The position numbers and the translations under genes were made by a program. DNA of 64,000 bases from Macrostomum lignano (lineage: Eukaryota): positions 310,001 to 374,000 of the forward strand of contig NIVC01000349.1 in assembly GCA_002269645.1 (NCBI GenBank), given 5' to 3'. The notes below the pieces were generated by a model. It was given only the letters and a program-made list of their open reading frames with translations, had not been told where the DNA came from and did not search any database. Positions 48,716 through 61,962 of the stretch are shown piece by piece (position 1 is the first letter of the stretch; each line of letters starts with the position of its first letter).

Positions 48716-50952
48716 TCAGTACTCCATATTTGATTCGTCCTCACAGTTGAACTCATCATCACTGAGGATGCGAGGCCGAGGTATCTTGACGTTGCTCTCT
48801 TTTCTTGTTGATCTTGCACCGAAGGTTTTGCGGCGAGCCTTGGGCACTTGAGCAGTAGCGGGGGCCGCGGAACTGGAGGTGGCAGAGCTGGAAGTGGCTG
48901 CAGACGCTGCGGCTAATTGCGTGGCCACCTTTAGCCGCTATAATTTGGCTTCATTCCGCTCACTAGCATGCCTTAGGACGGCAATTATTGCCGCCTCAAC
49001 CTGTTTTTCCGTGAACACGACCTTCTTCGTGACAGGATCTGGCGGGAACATGTCGGCCACGGCGTCTGAGAATGAATTAGGGAGGCAGAACTTTAAATTT
49101 TTATAGGGTGTGAAGTTTATAATTTCATACTGCCTACTTTAAATAAATAGTAGAGTAGAGTAACAGATTTTACCTAAATGTCTTTTCTTTTTCTTTCTTC
49201 CTTTTCTGCTTTTTCATTCAGTAATACGCTCATAGGTTCCCTAAATTTCTTGTTTTTATATTTGATTTTTTTATACTTAAGTAAGCAAGCGTCAGAGCGG
49301 GAATGGATTTGGACAATAAATAAAGCAAGAGTATAGCCACAGTACTCTTACCTATGAAAACTTGCTTGGCATTCTCAAAAGCAAGTTGGTCCTCTATCAT
49401 TAGGCAGCCCAACACTTCCGTCCGGCATTTCTCAAGCATGCCTCGGCCACTCCAGTTCACAACGACCTGCATTCGTGGCGCTAGACACTTATTCATCATC
49501 CGGCGGACCGTTTCCGACAGCGTATCGCACCGGCAACTTAACAGATGAGGCCCCTGTTAAAATACGGTTTGAGGAATAACTTATAAGTGTACTACTCGTA
49601 GTAGTAGTAAGAGCTAGTATTACTGAGTTAAAATAACTGTATTATTGCAAAGGGAAAGGGTATTAGCTTATGATATTTAATTCGATCTAGCTCGTACATA
49701 AGGCCAATGGTTGCAAATTAAATATAGTTGCAAAATAACGTAATACTGCTTACAAGGCTAGACTGCAACTGCCTTGATGAGACAAACTTGATGTACTCCG
49801 CCCAGGAGTCTATAGGCTCGAAATTTGGACGGTGTTGCTGGTAGTTGTGCGACTAGCAAATGAAGCTGCGATGCCTTTGAGGAGGGGCAGCATCCGATCC
49901 TCTAGCTGCTTGATGCGACGAACTGCGTCGCAACTGCGGCGAGCAGCCAGCATTGTTAGATCTGCAACCCCACTTGCCGACTCTGCGTCGATTCCGACAC
50001 TGGACAGGTACTGACGAATGTGAAGCACTGCAGCTGGATGGAGCCTGTCGATGCCGCAGTCGCCATCTAAGCCTTCACCGTCGACGCTTCGCGGTGTGTA
50101 CGTCGGCTTTGGCGTCACTGAATCAGCGCATGGTGTCGGCGTAGGCGCTGCTGTGAGTGTCGGCGTAGGCGCTGCTGTGAGCGTCGGCTTAGGCGCTGCT
50201 GTGAGCGTCGACGTAGGCGCTGCTGTGGGCGTCAGCATAGAAGGTACCGCCGGCGGCGGCGCCACCACAGCTCTTGGAGTCCCCATCTCACTTGTCGCAC
50301 CAAGCCTTGCTGGTAGCAATGCAGTGTTGAGCGCTGGAAGAGCTACTGGTTCCGCATTGAGCGACGTTGAGGCGGTTGGGCGCCCCGACTTCCGAAGCCG
50401 CCGATCGGTGCTGCTGTTTTCTTCGTCGGCTGACGTAGCAATGTACTGCATGGGTTGGAGTTGTAGATGTATGCTTTAATCTTTCGATTAAAAAGTATTA
50501 ATAATTTCTGCTTGCTAACCGCTAGTAGTTAGACATGTAGAATATTTACTTAACTTATTAAGTCGACAAAGTAGATTCTAGCTTACCTTCATACTGACGA
50601 AACGGTTCCTTCCGCCCTTGTTCACACGTGGAACCGACCGAAGAATTCCTTCCACGCTTTTCTTCTTCTGCTCGATTAATTCTCTAATGAATTTAATTGT
50701 GGGGTCCGTGTCCGTTTCAGCATCCAAGACAACTTGCAAAATGACTGCGGAATACCAGTCGTCCTCATACTCCGCTTGGATTTCTATTTTCTCCTCGCTA
50801 TATCGGTTCTCTTCGACTTCACCAACTGCTCCCAGTCGTCTCTTGTGAAGTCTTGGAACTCTCCTAGAGAGACGCTGTTGCCAGATAACTCCAGTACTTG
50901 TTTGTCCGTCATGAAGAACACCAGGAATCGGATGCCTTCCATTGAGATTCAA
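48716..50952 (-). CDS. Multi-exon DUF4806-like transposon accessory gene
   Basis: Exons include ...RFVSMK|gtaag, a Thr/Pro-repeat exon (49810..50451), VRRMMNKCLAPRMQVVVNWSGRG, and FTEKQVEAAIIAVLRHASER (typical DUF4806-family end). There is at least one internal stop. Confidence 0.6.
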
Positions 50953-51551
50953 GTCAAAAAGTAATTGAATTGAATAGAAATGGGTAGAAATGGGATTTTG
51001 ATGCCTGTCTAGACCAGACGACGGTCTAAGTCTTGGTTATATGTTCTGTCAAAGAGTCAAAGTCAAAGCCATCTCTGCAGCCAATAGAAATTCTTCCTTA
51101 CCTCTTGCCTGCCTCCTATTCCCTCCCCGTCCCGCTCCGGCGCTCCCCAATCCTCTTGGCTCTCAATCCTCTTCTTCCTTCCTGTCCTGGGCCTTTCGTA
51201 ACATTCATTCCGAGAAGGGTTTTCTTCAGTAATAATTGAATCAACTCGTATTGAATTGAGTTGTATTATCAAGCAACAAATTTGTGGTTTTTTATTCGAA
51301 CAAGAACTTCTAAACAATGCCCAAACAAAGAAAAACTGAAACTGATTCAAATTCAAGTAGGCATTTCAGAACTTTTTTCTCGGAAAGCCTTCTCCAGAAA
51401 ACAGAAAATTTTCTTTAATACCTTCTAAAACTTTTAACAACTCACACCCGCTCCTGTTATTCTTTCTTCGATTCTGTAAGGCAAGCAAAGTTCATTTCAA
51501 TACTGCGTAATCTGGACACAGCCACATTTGCTATAAAGGAGGCTTGATCGG

Positions 51552-51730
51552 CAGGGGCGTAGCCAAGCCGGGGGGATCATGACCCAGCCGGCTAATCCAG
51601 GCCAAATTTTCGAAATTTTCGAGCACCCCCCTCTTCCGTCGCAGAGGCCTAGCACCCCCTGCCCGCGGTTGCCGCTGTGAGCCTGTTACTGTGACCCCCT
51701 CCGCAGAAGAAAATCCTGGCTACGCCACTG
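51552..51730. mobile_element. hAT-like MITE
   Basis: CAGGGGCGTAGCCA...TGGCTACGCCACTG termini. No clean TSD. Confidence 0.65.
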
Positions 51731-52544
51731 ATCCGGATTTCGTATCTTCAGTTTCTTTTTTTCAGAGTTCCGTGGGACAGGCAAATCATGAATGAATAGA
51801 TGAGATTATCTAACCCGACTTTTACCATTATTCCAGATCTGGGGTCGGCAACTTTTTTACCTCCAGGGACTTCTAGAGCTAGCACTTCTGATGCTTTTTT
51901 TAGGAGTCCCTGTCCAGGGCCAGATAAAGAATTCAGCTCATGGCTGTGGGCCATATGAGGGTGGAAAGGAAAGAGAATAAGGGAGAGGCTATGAGTTAGG
52001 GTTTGCAATCCCGGGAACTGTCAATAGTCGATTTTTAACGTATCAAAACCAATATTTATAGCCATATCTAGCTATTTCTATATATTTTTATGGCCATATT
52101 GTATTCATGGTCTCTGAACCCTTGGCCTATAAATCAAACAAAGAGGTTCGAAAAAAAAGCCTTTTTCTTATCGGGCGGGTTGTAACCCCCGAGACCGCTG
52201 AGGCAGAGGAGGCAGCTGTCTCGTTGGGGTGGTGGGGCAATAAAATGTCGGAAGGATTGAGAGGCTCAAGAGGCCTTGTTTTACTCCTCCACAGGAGTTG
52301 GTCGTTGGTCCCTTGCAATTCAGTTCGAAATAAAATTGATACATGCTACCCCACCAACACACTGCCCGCGTGTTTGCGATTACGGCGATCAAACAGGCCT
52401 TTGAAACGGTCCCTTCTCTGTTCCAACTCAGTATCCCATACTCCCATAAAGTAAACAAACATATAACTTTAACCTAGATATTAGTTCAGTTCTAGCGGCT
52501 AGACTACTGGCTTCAAGAGATGAGTGAGAAGAAAGGAGATAAAA

Positions 52545-52815
52545 GAGGAGAGGAGAGGAGAGGAGAGGAGAGAGGAGAGGAGAGGAGAGGAGAGGAGAGG
52601 AGAGGAGAGGAGAGGAGAGGAGAGGAGAGGAGAGGAGAGGAGAGGAGAGGAGAGGAGAGGAGAGGAGAGGAGAGGAGAGGAGAGGAGAGGAGAGGAGAGG
52701 AGAGGAGAGGAGAGGAGAGGAGAGGAGAGGAGAGGAGAGGAGAGGAGAGGAGAGGAGAGGAGGAGAGGAGAGGAGAGGAGGAGAAGAGAGGAGAGGAGAG
52801 GAGGAGAGAGGAGAG
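52545..52815. repeat. (GAGAG)n microsatellite
   Basis: Direct inspection. Confidence 0.98.
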
Positions 52816-53700
52816 CGGGATAACTGAGAACTTGAGCGGGCCGGACTGCCATTCCAAAGTATCTAAGGACCCAAGGGCCGGATGAAGAGGTCAAAGTTTG
52901 CCCTCCCGTTCTAGATTAATAAATACATTCACGAACGTATCGATGCGTCTGTGTTCTCATGACAGTTTTAGTGTCACTAGATCATCCTAGTTCCTTCTAT
53001 CTTTCTGAATAGTGAATCCCCGACCCCGAGTCAGTGGGAAAACTCTAGCTGGGCGCCCACATCCACCTACAAATATTCTCACCACATTGTTCTTTGTTTG
53101 CGATCGTCTTTTACAACTCGAAGTCAAAACCCTGTGGGCATGTGGTATGAAGCTCTGAAGTCTGAATGTAGAAACTGGAGAATCGTGGAGATTGATTGGC
53201 TGTGCCTTAATTACACACGGCTGATAGGAGGCACCAGAGTCCAGACCACGGAGAAAACTCAGATTTGGTTCAACCTTATTTCAATTTACTGCTTTTTTAA
53301 AGCAAATATATTCTCAACATCTCACTGCTCTTTACACTACTGACTTCTCTTCGAATGTTTCGAGCTCATCTCAATAATCGTAATTGACTGCCTCTTCAGT
53401 TTCCCAGATTTTTTATAGTGAAAATGATGAAGCGCCCACTGGCCTACACAGATAAAATTTTGCTTCTTTCGATCAAACAAACCAGCTTACAACCCTACTG
53501 TCCAATGACTCAGGGATCATTGGTTTTGCAAAAAGGAAAAGTGTTAAACAAACTAAAAATATTTGAAACATTTTGAGCCTTTAAAATTAAAGGGTTAAAA
53601 GTACGCATTTTTCAGAACAAGCAAAAATATCAAATTTTACGTCATGCCAGGAGGCTTCTCTTGTGTGCAGAAATACTCGTAGAAACATTTCTGTTGCAGA

Positions 53701-54105
53701 TATGGCACCCATCTAGTAAGTATTATGGCGCCCCTCTAGTGTGTATTATGGCACCCATCTAGTAAGTATTATGGCGCCCCTCTAGTGTGTATTATGGCAC
53801 CCCTCTAGTGTGTATTATGGCACCCATCTAGTAAGTATTATGGCGCCCCTCTAGTGTGTATTATGGCACCCCTCTAGTGTGTATTATGGCGCCCCTCTAG
53901 TGTGTACTATGGCGCCCCTCTAGTGTGTATTATGGCACCCATCTAGTAAGTATTATGGCGCCCCTCTAGTGTGTATTATGGCGCCCCTCTAGTGTGTACT
54001 ATGGCGCCACTCTAGTGTGTATTATGGCGCCCCTCTAGTGTGTATTATGGCGCCCCTCTAGTGTGTATTATGGCGCCCCTCTAGTGTGTATTATGGCGCC
54101 CCTAT
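53701..54105. repeat. 23-bp minisatellite, ~17-18 copies
   Basis: TATGGCGCCCCTCTAGTGTGTAT, with the variant TATGGCACCCATCTAGTAAGTAT. Confidence 0.95.
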
Positions 54106-56677
54106 AATGTATACTTTTTTGTTGTCTTTGGTGAGAAAAAGTATAAAAATTTTAATATGATTTAATTACTCTTTTTGATCGAATGTAATTGTAAACATAC
54201 ATTTTATATTAGCTACTAATGTTTCGCTACTAATGCTACTTACAGTAGCACTTTAAGTCTTCTTTAAGACACGAATTGTGAGGGCCGATGCATAGGGTGG
54301 CTGGCGACTCAGATAGGACTGATGGTAATTAAATAGAATCAATTTATTAAACAATGGAATTCGCCACCAACTTGTTCATGCTATTCTGGGCTGTTTATGC
54401 TGTTTATGGATCTTAAATTTTATTTTTTAAAAATAATCCCATTAGAAAGGTCCGGCAACGGACTCAGAAAAAAACATCAGTACCAAGAGGACTGAATGCG
54501 GACTCACAAAAAGAACACCCTCATAGGTACTTTTGGTGGTTTTGAAACTGCAAACTGGACATGGCCAGACAGAATTTCTGATTTCAGAAGAATAAAAAAA
54601 TATTGAACATCTGCTGGGAAAAGACTTGTCAGAGTCCTATCTGGGTCCTCCGGACTTATCTTTTTACACCGGGTGACTCTAAATAAGCTAGGCTTCGGGT
54701 TATTAATGAAAAAATTAATGTCAGATCAACTGTTTTATTATTAAGAGTTCAGCGACAGGATACTAAGTTAATAAGTGCAACAGAGAATAAATAGTTTGGC
54801 CTGTGTGCGGAATTAACTAAAAGTAGCAAATAATAGAGGGGACCGAGCCCTACTCCGGCGAATGATTGGCTGGTGCCGCGGTGCACTACTGGATAAATAA
54901 ACGACTTAACACTAGTTGTAAATAAGTTGGGCAGATTAAATATTAGTAGTTAAATTGAATGGGTAGGCAGGAAGGATAAAACCGGAAAAGCGGGAAAGGG
55001 GAAACGGAACGGAAAACGGAACGAAATGCGTAACGAAATTGAGCAGCTCCACCATTATATAGAGATTAAAAAACGCAAAAGATGGACAAATGGGGTCAAA
55101 CATTGGTGGCAAAAGGTGGTCACGGGGACCAAGCAAAGAACAGACAAAATTAACACGGAAAGATAGGGCGATAAACAAAGTTTCCAAAAGAGGGACGCAA
55201 AAGACCAGATAAAGGAGTGGGAAAACCATCGCAAGAACGGGGGAAACTGACGAATTAAACCAACAACTGGGGCACAGGGTGAACACACAGGGCCAAAACT
55301 GGGGACAGCGGGGAATGGGTCAAAAGGTGGTTTAATAAGTCACGCAAAATAATATTAAATTTCAAAATTAAAAATAATAACGTTCATTGGATTGTTAGTG
55401 GCAGCCCCCAACTTCCACATAATGTATCGTAAATTAATGATTTCTAAAGTTCATATGAGAATGCAGCGATACCATTGTTATTGTCAAATGTCATGCATTT
55501 AATACAGTTTTAATGTAAAGTAAAATTATTCAAACACTTTCTCAAGACCTCTAGCAGTGCATTAGCCGTGCAATTTTATAATTTTTGGAGGCTAATATTC
55601 ATCAAACATTACACTGCGGAGACAGGAAAAACAGGCTTGCTAAAATTTTTCGAAATTTTGCCTGCTAAAACATTTACCCAGCGCCTACGTGCATGTAGAT
55701 AAGTAGCTGCTGCAAAAGCCGTCTGTCTGTCTGTTTATCTGTCTGTATGACAAAGCTGTTAAAAGTCCTTTTGCAGTTTTACTGTCTCGGCTTTTTGCAG
55801 TCTCAGCTGGGGCTTAGGGCTAGGGCCCTAACTAGGCCTTCAGACGTTTACATGAACTTTATGGTCTAGACACAAGAGTCTAGTCTGTTGAGTCATACTT
55901 TAGCCCCGTCGTATATATGTATATATATACTTGAGCACGGCGGGAAGGAAAAAGATTTTCCTTCGTATATAGCCGCGAACAGAATTCGAATTACATAAAA
56001 ATTCGTAATTCACATACGGACAGTTCCCAGAATTATACATACATATTGAGTTGTAGACTATGCTTTCTCCAATCTGAATCTGGACGTTCTGTCGCATACA
56101 TGCAGATAGTATAAAGTTACTATAGCAAATTACATGTACATGTAGGTAAGTAAGTGACTAGAGCTAAACGTTTTATAATGTTTTCAGTATGACATTTGTT
56201 GTATTCCCGAATACAACAAAATCAGTTTACAGCATTGGAGAGCTTTATTGATTTTTTTTTACATTTCTTAATTCATAACTGGCAAGCCATGCAAGAACCA
56301 TCCAACCAAGAAGCAGGATAACCGAAAAGCAAAATCATAAATTTGAGCTAGGGTGGAAATGTCTTGAAAGGAAATTTTTTATCAAAAGCTAGAAATTTTC
56401 ATCGGAGGCAGAAGAGGTAGAAGAATAGGAAAAGAAAACGCATACTTTATTTAAAGTAGGGTTACAGGAGAAATGAGAACCGCTTTAAACTTTTTAGCAG
56501 AGATAATTAAACTAATGTTTAATTTTTATTCGCATTTTTTGGAAGCCAACAAATAATTTTTATGCTGAACTCTGTAGCAGACGCTCAGTTAGATGAGTAG
56601 GTGCAACAGCGTGTGACAAGTTAACTTGACTTGACGACTTGACTTCCTTTAGTTTCATGTATAATCTTGAGTTAGTT

Positions 56678-57094
56678 TGTTGCAGTTTGTTTCGCGTAAT
56701 TATTTTTACTTTTGAATACACGCCAACATGTCACGAAGGGTTAAAATTCGTGCTGACTTGTCATGCCACGTCATCCTAAAAGGCCATAGACACTTTAGGG
56801 CAAGTTTTAGTGAGGGAGGAAGGCAGCAATCTTTTACACTGCTGAAGATTTCCCAAACCTAGAATTGCTTAAGATTTACAATCTTTCGCAAGTCATGGCA
56901 GGACGTACAGCTGCACCATCATTTATAATCCCACCTGCTGAGGCTGTACCTGCAGCCAATCTACTTTTGAGGATTCAGTGACAAAGGAGCGATGTTATAG
57001 TCCTGTTAATGTTCACTTATTTGATTGTTCATAACTTCGTACACGTTAGCGTGTATTCAAAAGTAAAAATAATTACGCGAAACAAACTGCAACA
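56678..57094. mobile_element. MITE with perfect 46-bp TIRs
   Basis: TGTTGCAGTTTGTTTCGCGTAATTATTTTTACTTTTGAATACACGC at 56678-56723 and its exact reverse complement at 57049-57094. Confidence 0.85.
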
Positions 57095-57832
57095 TTGCCG
57101 TTAGAATATATCAGTTTAAATCTTTGTTGGATTGTATTTATATGAATTAATAAATAAAGCACTCTTGCCAAACAAGCTGTTCAAGGTTAACTTGAGGGAG
57201 GAGAGACTCCGTCTTATTGTCTGTCTGTCTGTGTGTATCTGGCTGTCTATGATAATCTCTCTTTCCCCTATGATCCCTCTCCCCCCAAAAAATAAGTCAA
57301 ACCATGAAGGCAAGCCAAACTCTCAAAAATGTACGAGTAACATCGTAAACGACTTGTCTACAAACTTGTCCGAAAAATTCGGCAAAAATCGTGTGACTGC
57401 ACCTGTGTGTGTATTCTAATATCAAAACATAACTAAAAGTAAGCGCTCCGCTCGGGACAGAAAACCGCAAAAAAAAACAAATCAAAATGAAAGCAAAGAA
57501 CCCAGAAATCGAAGAAAAGACACTATCTTCTTTACCAGAATTAATTTATGGTAGCTGTAGCGAAAGATTTTAAGCGTCATTTTTAGTCAGTTAATTCTGT
57601 TTTCACTGAAATTGTGCCCCTTTGGCGTCGCAGCGGTCAGGCCATAGGCATTGTACATCCTGGGCCCCAGGTCCGGCTGGACAAAGAAAGCCGGCAGCCC
57701 AGAACTTCGGCAACGGCAGAGCGCGCTGGAAGCCCTCGTAGCGATCGGGCAGAATCTAAATGAGTGCAAAAGGTGTTTTTGGCTGGTTAGTTTTGTTGTC
57801 TTCGTTACATATTGCTGTAGATTCTGTGGGCG

Positions 57833-57958
57833 GATTCTGGAGGGTAAAAACCCAGGGGTGGATTCTGGAGGGCAAAGACCCAGGGGTGGATTCTCAAGGG
57901 CAAAGACCCAGGGGTGAATTCTGGAGGGTAAAGACCAAGGGGTGGATTCTGAAGGGTA
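57833..57958. repeat. 28-bp tandem repeat, ~4.5 copies
   Basis: GGATTCTGGAGGGCAAAGACCCAGGGGT units. Confidence 0.85.
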
Positions 57959-58149
57959 TTTGCTTAAGACGAACGAGTCAATTGTTGATGGAATGTGCTT
58001 ATCTGCTGTGGTAGGATGCAGTAGGATGCGTTTTATTATTAAATTATTATTAAATTATTATAAAAACATTAATTAATTAATTAATTAATTAAATAAATTA
58101 CATTAACTACATTACATTACATAAATTACATTACATTATTACATTACAA

Positions 58150-58354
58150 AACATTAATTCACTTCGCCGCGAGGGTTCATATCTAATTATAGGAAAAGTT
58201 CTCTGTCTGTCTGTCTGTCTGTCTGTCTCTCGGTCTGTCTGTCTGTCTGTCCGTCTGCCTGTCTTTCCTTTTGTATGTCTGTCGGTCTGTATGTCTGTCT
58301 CTCGGTCTGTCTGTCTGTATGTCCTGTCTCTCAGTTAGTCTGTCTGTCTGTCTT

Positions 58355-58389
<35 letters not shown>

Positions 58390-58480
58390 GCCTGTCTGTC
58401 TGTCTTTCTCGGTCTGTCTGTCTGTCTGTCTGAAAAAGTTATTTTCAAATGTTTTTAAAATTCCGAAAACTTTCCCTACA
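58150..58480. mobile_element. Possible Helentron-associated (DINE-1/HINE-like) element
   Basis: A (CTGT)n core bracketed by short inverted repeats ATAGGAAAAGTT / AACTTTCCCTAC. Confidence 0.4.
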
Positions 58481-58520
58481 ATCAGATAGCCCAGCCCAAT
58501 CAGTTACAGTTACAGCTCTC

Positions 58521-59020
58521 CAGTGTTCCCACTCAGCAACCTTCATTTTTTCGCGCCAAGCCGTTCATTTTCGCGCCATGGATATTTTTCGTGTCATTAT
58601 CACTCTTTACCTCTAAGGCTCTAATGCAGTGTGATGCCCATTGAGATATTTACAAAAACTCAAATACCTAACATCCAGGGACCCCAATCATAAATAATCC
58701 AATTTTTGACAAGATAAAACACTACAGCTTGGCAAAAAATGGGTCGAAAACTGGAAACAACAGCATGGGTTGAAGAAATGTAAAAAATACATTAATTTTT
58801 CTAAACCACTACTGCAATTATAAAATTTATTGCATTCCTGGTCTGTTTTGTTACAAACAACACCTAACGTGAAAATCATCTAAAAAATGCGAAAGGGTTA
58901 CAATTTAGGCGCGAATTTTCCGCATTTTCAGATTCGCGCCGAACCTTATTATTTGCGCATTCGCGCCATATTGCCTTATTTTCGGGCATGGCGCAAATTC
59001 GCGCCAGGGTGGGAACACTG
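58521..59020. mobile_element. hAT MITE
   Basis: TIRs CAGTGTTCCCAC/GTGGGAACACTG, an 8-bp TSD (CAGCTCTC/CAGCTCTT) and internal TTCGCGCC subterminal motifs. Confidence 0.85.
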
Positions 59021-59649
59021 CAGCTCTTGTGACTTCAGTTACAATCAGTTAATCAGTTATAATCAGTTACAGACAGCAGCCGAAGGCCGCCGCTGCGGAG
59101 ACGCCGGAGTCGTCGTCGTCGTCGCGGCGGGGGCGGCGGCGGCGGCGGCGGCGGAATAGCGTCCATCTGGAAAATAAACCAGAGGTGTGAGTAGAAAAGG
59201 GCCATTTTTCGCGCCATCTTGAAACTATAATAATGAATTGCGTTATTTACAACATAATGCTAGTGTATGTCTAGAGACCATAGTGCACATGTTCCCCTCA
59301 TACTACTTTTAGTAGACTACTCTTCGTAGTTGTCTACAATGTAGACAATGGGAGAGAAGTGGAGTAAGGAGAGACACTAGGAAAGACACTAAGACAGACA
59401 CTGAGACACTAAAACAGACTGTAACTGACACTGAGACAGACACTAGGAGAGACACTGCAACACTAAGACAGTCTAAGAAAGACACTAAGACTGAGACAGA
59501 CACTGAGAAAGACACCAAGACAGACACTAAGAGATACTAAGACAGACACTGAGAGAGACACGAGACAGATAGATATAGCAGATATGACAGATATAATTAT
59601 ATATAGCTTAAAACTAAATATATGACAGATATCTCTACATATAAAAATC

Positions 59650-59653
<4 letters not shown>

Positions 59654-59735
<82 letters not shown>

Positions 59736-60050
59736 GGACAATTTTGATCGCTATGGCCTTCCAAACCGCTCAACCAAACCCAGATGAGTAAAAGGGGTTT
59801 CAAAATTGACCAACTTTCAGTCGCATAAGTTTGCTCCACATAAAGCGATTGACATCAAACTTGACACAATTCTTCATTGACTCATTCTCTGTCAAAATGT
59901 AAAGTTTCAACTCTGTAACCCAATCAGAACAGAAACTGTAAGCATGTGATGTTTGTCTGCTTTTTCTGTTGTTCGTACCACTCACTCACTCATTCCCCCA
60001 GAGCCAGACCAAGGGTCAGGCGATAGGGCTGAATGTACATGGCAATGTAC
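59654..60050. repeat. (TG)n/(TCTG)n microsatellite followed by a partial third copy of the GCTAGC-element interior
   Basis: 59770-60020 is similar to 22810-23030 and, in reverse, to 62280-62490. Confidence 0.8.
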
Positions 60051-60559
60051 AGTGTTTTGGAATAGCTTTGTTTATGGCTTTATCTGCACTCCCGTGGAGA
60101 GGCTACGTTTAGCCATCCATAACAGTTTAGTGAGTAGCACTGTCCTCTGTATAGGCAAACTCTGCAGCAGTTTAACAGTGGATGGCAATTGGCAAATCAA
60201 GGTAATCCAGCATGGTTTGTAAAAGCGAAAGATTTATGAAAAGGCGATGCAATGCGATCCAACCCTACTAAATTAGTCACACCATGAAAATGTTAAGTTT
60301 CTCTTAAAGGTTTTTTAAAATTTAAATGGCCTCCTAATCCTTGGTTGTTAGACTGTTGCAGACTGCAGTGGAGCTAATGATACACAAATTCCTTTCAGGA
60401 CATCACATTGGCAAGAAAGATGACATGATCAAAGCATGAGAACAACAATGAGAGTAGTACGAGCTACATCCTACAAACTGGCTTTCGAAGCAGGGATCGG
60501 CAGACTTTTACTTCAAAAGCCAGATAAAGAATCCAGCTTATGTGCGGGCAAGATGAGAG

Positions 60560-61712
60560 TGGAAAGGAGAAGGAATATGCTATTAGAAGAGAGGATACGC
60601 GAGAGGGGGGTAATAGAAAACATGGAAGATAAGAGGAGAGACAAGTGGTGAGGATAGAGCAGGGAAGAAGGGAGGAGGGGAGAAAGAAGGGAGAGGAAAA
60701 AGTAAAGGTGAGAAGAGGTGAGAGATGAGACAGAGGATCGATGAGAGAGGAGAGTTAAGAATGTTTAGAAGAGAGTAGAGACGAGAGAGCAGAAAGAAGA
60801 TAACAGAGGGGCAAGAGGAGAGGAGAGAGTAGAAAGGATAGAGAAGAGAGGAGATAAGAGGGGAAGAGAGGAAAGAGATGAGATTGTAGAGATGAGACAG
60901 ATGAAAGGAGAGATGAGAGAGTAAAGATGAGAGATTAAAAAAGGTGAGATGAGAGTGCAGAGAGACGAGAGAAGATGATAGAAAAGAGAGAGTATAGAAG
61001 AGGGAAGAGAAAAGAAGATAGGAGTAAGGAAAGAGAGGAGTCAGAAGAGGGGAAAGAGAAGAGTACACAGGAAAGAGGAGAGTAAAGATCGATGACAGAA
61101 GAGCGAGGGGGATGAGAGAGAACAGACGAAGGAGAGATGAAAAGTGAGATAAGAGAGATAAAGGAGGAGAGAGTGGAGAGAGAAGAGAGAAGACAAGACA
61201 GGGAGAGAGTATAGAAGAGGGAAGAAAAGAGAAGAAAAAAGGAAAAGGAGAAAGGAAAGAGAGGAGTCAGAAGAGGTGAAAGAAAAGAGTACAGAGAAGA
61301 TAAGTGAGAGAACGTATAAGAGAGTAAATATGACAGATGAGAGAGCAGAGATGAGCGTGAACAGACTAGAGATGGGAGAGAAGAGAGAAGAGAGATGAGA
61401 TTTAAAATACCAGAAGAGAGAGCAGAGACAAAGGGAGAAGTGAGTCAGGAAAGAGGAGAGGAAAGAAGAGAAGAGATGAGAGGAGAGAGAGAGAAAGGAA
61501 AAAGAAGAAAGTAGAGAAGAGAGAGAAGAGGGAAGTGTTAAGAGAGGGGAGAGTGAGGAGTGAGAAGAGAGAGTAGAGAGAAATGAGAAGATATAAAAGA
61601 TAAAATATGAGAGAGGAGAGGAAAGGAGAGAGAAAAGAGTAGAAAAGAGAGAGGGAAAAAGAGAAGAGATGAGAGGAGAGACAAGAGACGAGAGAAGAAA
61701 GAAGAAGAAAAG
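60560..61712. repeat. Purine-rich cryptically simple (A/G) tract
   Basis: About 1.15 kb of almost only A and G on the + strand. Confidence 0.9.
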
Positions 61713-61962
61713 AAGATCCTGATATTCTGCACAGCACCCCAACAAGCTAAATAAATAATTGCGTCAAATCTTAATTTCACACAAATTTACTCCATTTTAT
61801 GTTTATCTCTATCCTAACTTTTAACAAGTTTTTGTTTGAGTGTGACTTCAGATGGTAGACAATTAGTATAGTTGGAAGATGCAATATGTTTAGTTATAAG
61901 CTACATTTAGCTTATAAAATGGGGGTTTTAAAATGGACTATATGCTCTCTGGACGGGACGCA

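Noticed and set aside
52499-52894. Leu/Ser/Pro and Glu/Arg/Gly repeat ORFs
   Set aside because: These are translations of the (GAGAG)n microsatellite.
53701-54105. CRISPR-like array or tandem CTCF sites
   Set aside because: There are no unique spacers and the context is eukaryotic. The reverse-strand CACTAGAGGGGCGC has one base more than the CTCF core spacing.
60583-61780. Long Leu/Ser/Phe-rich ORFs
   Set aside because: These are artefacts of the purine-rich low-complexity tract.
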